Source of the DNA: Patescibacteria group bacterium
Lineage (GTDB): Bacteria > Patescibacteriota > Minisyncoccia > Phycocordibacterales > Phycocordibacteraceae
Direction: 5' to 3'
DNA length: 64,000 bases
Assembly (NCBI GenBank): GCA_019744845.1
Contig: JAIETW010000002.1
Coordinates: forward strand, 69,759-133,758
The notes beneath the pieces are model-generated. The model had not been told where the DNA came from, made no database searches, and saw only the letters and a program-made list of their open reading frames with translations. Made by a program: the position numbers and the translations under genes. Positions 62,757 to 64,000 of the stretch are shown here, one piece after another. Position 1 is the first letter of the stretch, and every line of letters begins with the position of its first letter.

Positions 62757-63698
62757 ATGGCGAAAGATGAGCTAGGGCCGAGGGGGAAGATGCGCCGCGC
62801 AATCCTCGCTGCTGGCGCAGGAGGACTCATTGCGGGCGAAATACCGCATGCAGAAACTGAAGAGGCAAGGCGCGTACGTGAATCAACGGGCAGATTTAGT
62901 GAACGAGTGCAAGCTGCGCGTGAACTGTCAGGAGAAGATAGAGGAATTGCAGGCGGGGGCATCACTGCATTTCAGCGACGTGCCTATAAAGGACCAGTGA
63001 GTGAAGCTCTCGCGCAAGGCGTAGACCCGACCTATGGAATCCCAAGGGCAACCCCTGGTGATATTGCGCCAGTACTGAGCGATTCTCTTACTGGAATTGT
63101 GCACGACAACAACACTCCTCGTTTAGAGCAAATTATTCGTGACTATGAGGAAGCAGAAGAAGACGCAATTCCACCGAGGGATAAACGATCAAGGTGGCAT
63201 ACAGTTGCCGAATTTAAGGCAAGTTGGGACGCATGGCGAATGTATCTTGGAGTGCCGCAGCAATTTTCTACATTTGAGATTTCCTCTTATAAACCAGAAA
63301 ACGGGTCTCAGGATATTTATTACTACAAACTTTCCAGGGAAGTGTTGAAAGACATCATGGTGAATATGTACGACGACAACGAAGAAGGCTTCTCGGTAGA
63401 GACTCAAGTCGTACGTCAATTTCTCTGGGACGTAGAAGTAGATTTCAATCTTTTGAGCGATCGCGATGCAGCACGTGATTTAGATAATGACCCGAATCGT
63501 GCATATCAAGAGAATCTAACCTTGGGAATATTTTTAGTGTCTAAGGGGCAAGATGAGCGTGGGCACTACGTCTCGTACTATGACCGATGGGATTTCACTC
63601 CAACCGGTAACCTCCAGGCGATAGGGCAGCCATTTGAGATATACGACCGTATTTACTATGACCCTGAGACTAAGGAAGCCCTTAATCCCCAACCTTGA
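62757..63698 (+). CDS. Hypothetical protein (313 aa), possible Tat-like N-terminus
   Basis: MRRAILAAGAGGLIAG N-terminus; the remainder is acidic and Tyr/Asp-rich; no known motif. Confidence 0.45.
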   Translation: MAKDELGPRGKMRRAILAAGAGGLIAGEIPHAETEEARRVRESTGRFSERVQAARELSGEDRGIAGGGITAFQRRAYKGPVSEALAQGVDPTYGIPRATPGDIAPVLSDSLTGIVHDNNTPRLEQIIRDYEEAEEDAIPPRDKRSRWHTVAEFKASWDAWRMYLGVPQQFSTFEISSYKPENGSQDIYYYKLSREVLKDIMVNMYDDNEEGFSVETQVVRQFLWDVEVDFNLLSDRDAARDLDNDPNRAYQENLTLGIFLVSKGQDERGHYVSYYDRWDFTPTGNLQAIGQPFEIYDRIYYDPETKEALNPQP

Positions 63699-63878
63699 CC
63701 CTTTTTAGCCCCAGGTGTATCTTTTAGGGAACCAGAACAGATTGAGTGACGGGGGCACTCTGGGGGGAAACATTCGGGCGACAATATTTTACAAGCGTCT
63801 CAAGGAACGAGGCGCAGGTCCATGCGCATATGGACCCGTTTTCCGTTCCTGTACGACATACGTTCACGGATACTACAT

Positions 63879-64000
63879 ATGCCGACAAAGAAGAACCTTG
63901 TGCAGAAGACCTTCGCTGCGTTTCGCAAGCCACGCGTGGAGTTCCCGGACTTGGTCGCCCACCAGCGCCAGTCCTTTGAGTGGCTCGTCAAAGACGGGTT
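63879..64000 (+). CDS. rpoB: Probable start of DNA-directed RNA polymerase beta subunit (3' truncated by window end)
   Basis: Translation MPTKKNLVQKTFAAFRKPRVEFPDLVAHQRQSFEWLVKDG resembles RpoB N-termini (R ... F ... LDVPNLIEIQ ... SF). Only 40 codons are visible. Confidence 0.45.
   Translation, partial: MPTKKNLVQKTFAAFRKPRVEFPDLVAHQRQSFEWLVKDG

Overview
This is a gene-dense bacterial chromosomal segment of about 52% GC, with short intergenic gaps and many 4-nt start/stop overlaps. Several traits suggest a reduced-genome, possibly CPR/Patescibacteria-like organism; this is inference only: a split transketolase, class I FBA, L31 type B, truncated ThrRS and PheT, low-complexity inserts in GyrB/S16/L32, and a sortase. 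Standard code: TGA/TAA/TAG all terminate. Housekeeping content: a compact sugar-phosphate cluster (gap, rpiB, two rpe-family genes, tkt N/C halves, fbp, a PfkB kinase, class I fba), rplY, rpmE2, prfA, rpsB, tsf, tRNA-Thr(UGU), pheS/pheT, gyrB, thrS, dnaE, rnhB, rpmF, a NusB-NUDIX fusion, rnc, an SMC-like ATPase, a Glu/Leu/Phe/Val dehydrogenase-family gene, rnr, rpsP, KH, trmD and the start of rpoB. The accessory content is the interesting part. (i) At 385-8080 there is a tandem array of six paralogous exported Cys/His-rich proteins built around a recurring C-x-H-G-x-G-H-G core. It comes with three copies of a Cys-less cupredoxin-like His-rich domain, two of them N-terminal fusions and one standalone. 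I consider this the best candidate for an undescribed extracellular metal/redox system. (ii) At 18670-25755 a module of one membrane-anchored ~325-aa protein plus one giant secreted Cys-rich protein with MopE-like C-x-D-G-x-D-N-D repeats occurs twice. (iii) At 38460-42908 there is a sortase locus with His/Gly-rich membrane proteins and candidate non-canonical sorting signals. (iv) At 42905-44248 lie two tandem paralogous minimal nucleotidyltransferases. (v) At 52219-53746 a ~32-bp element repeats 3 to 4 times immediately upstream of consecutive genes, with -10-like boxes placed so the transcripts would be leaderless. No CRISPR array, transposase or integrase was recognised. Most ORF boundaries follow the supplied six-frame track, whose ORFs may open with ATG, GTG or TTG; some starts were moved to internal codons and flagged as such.
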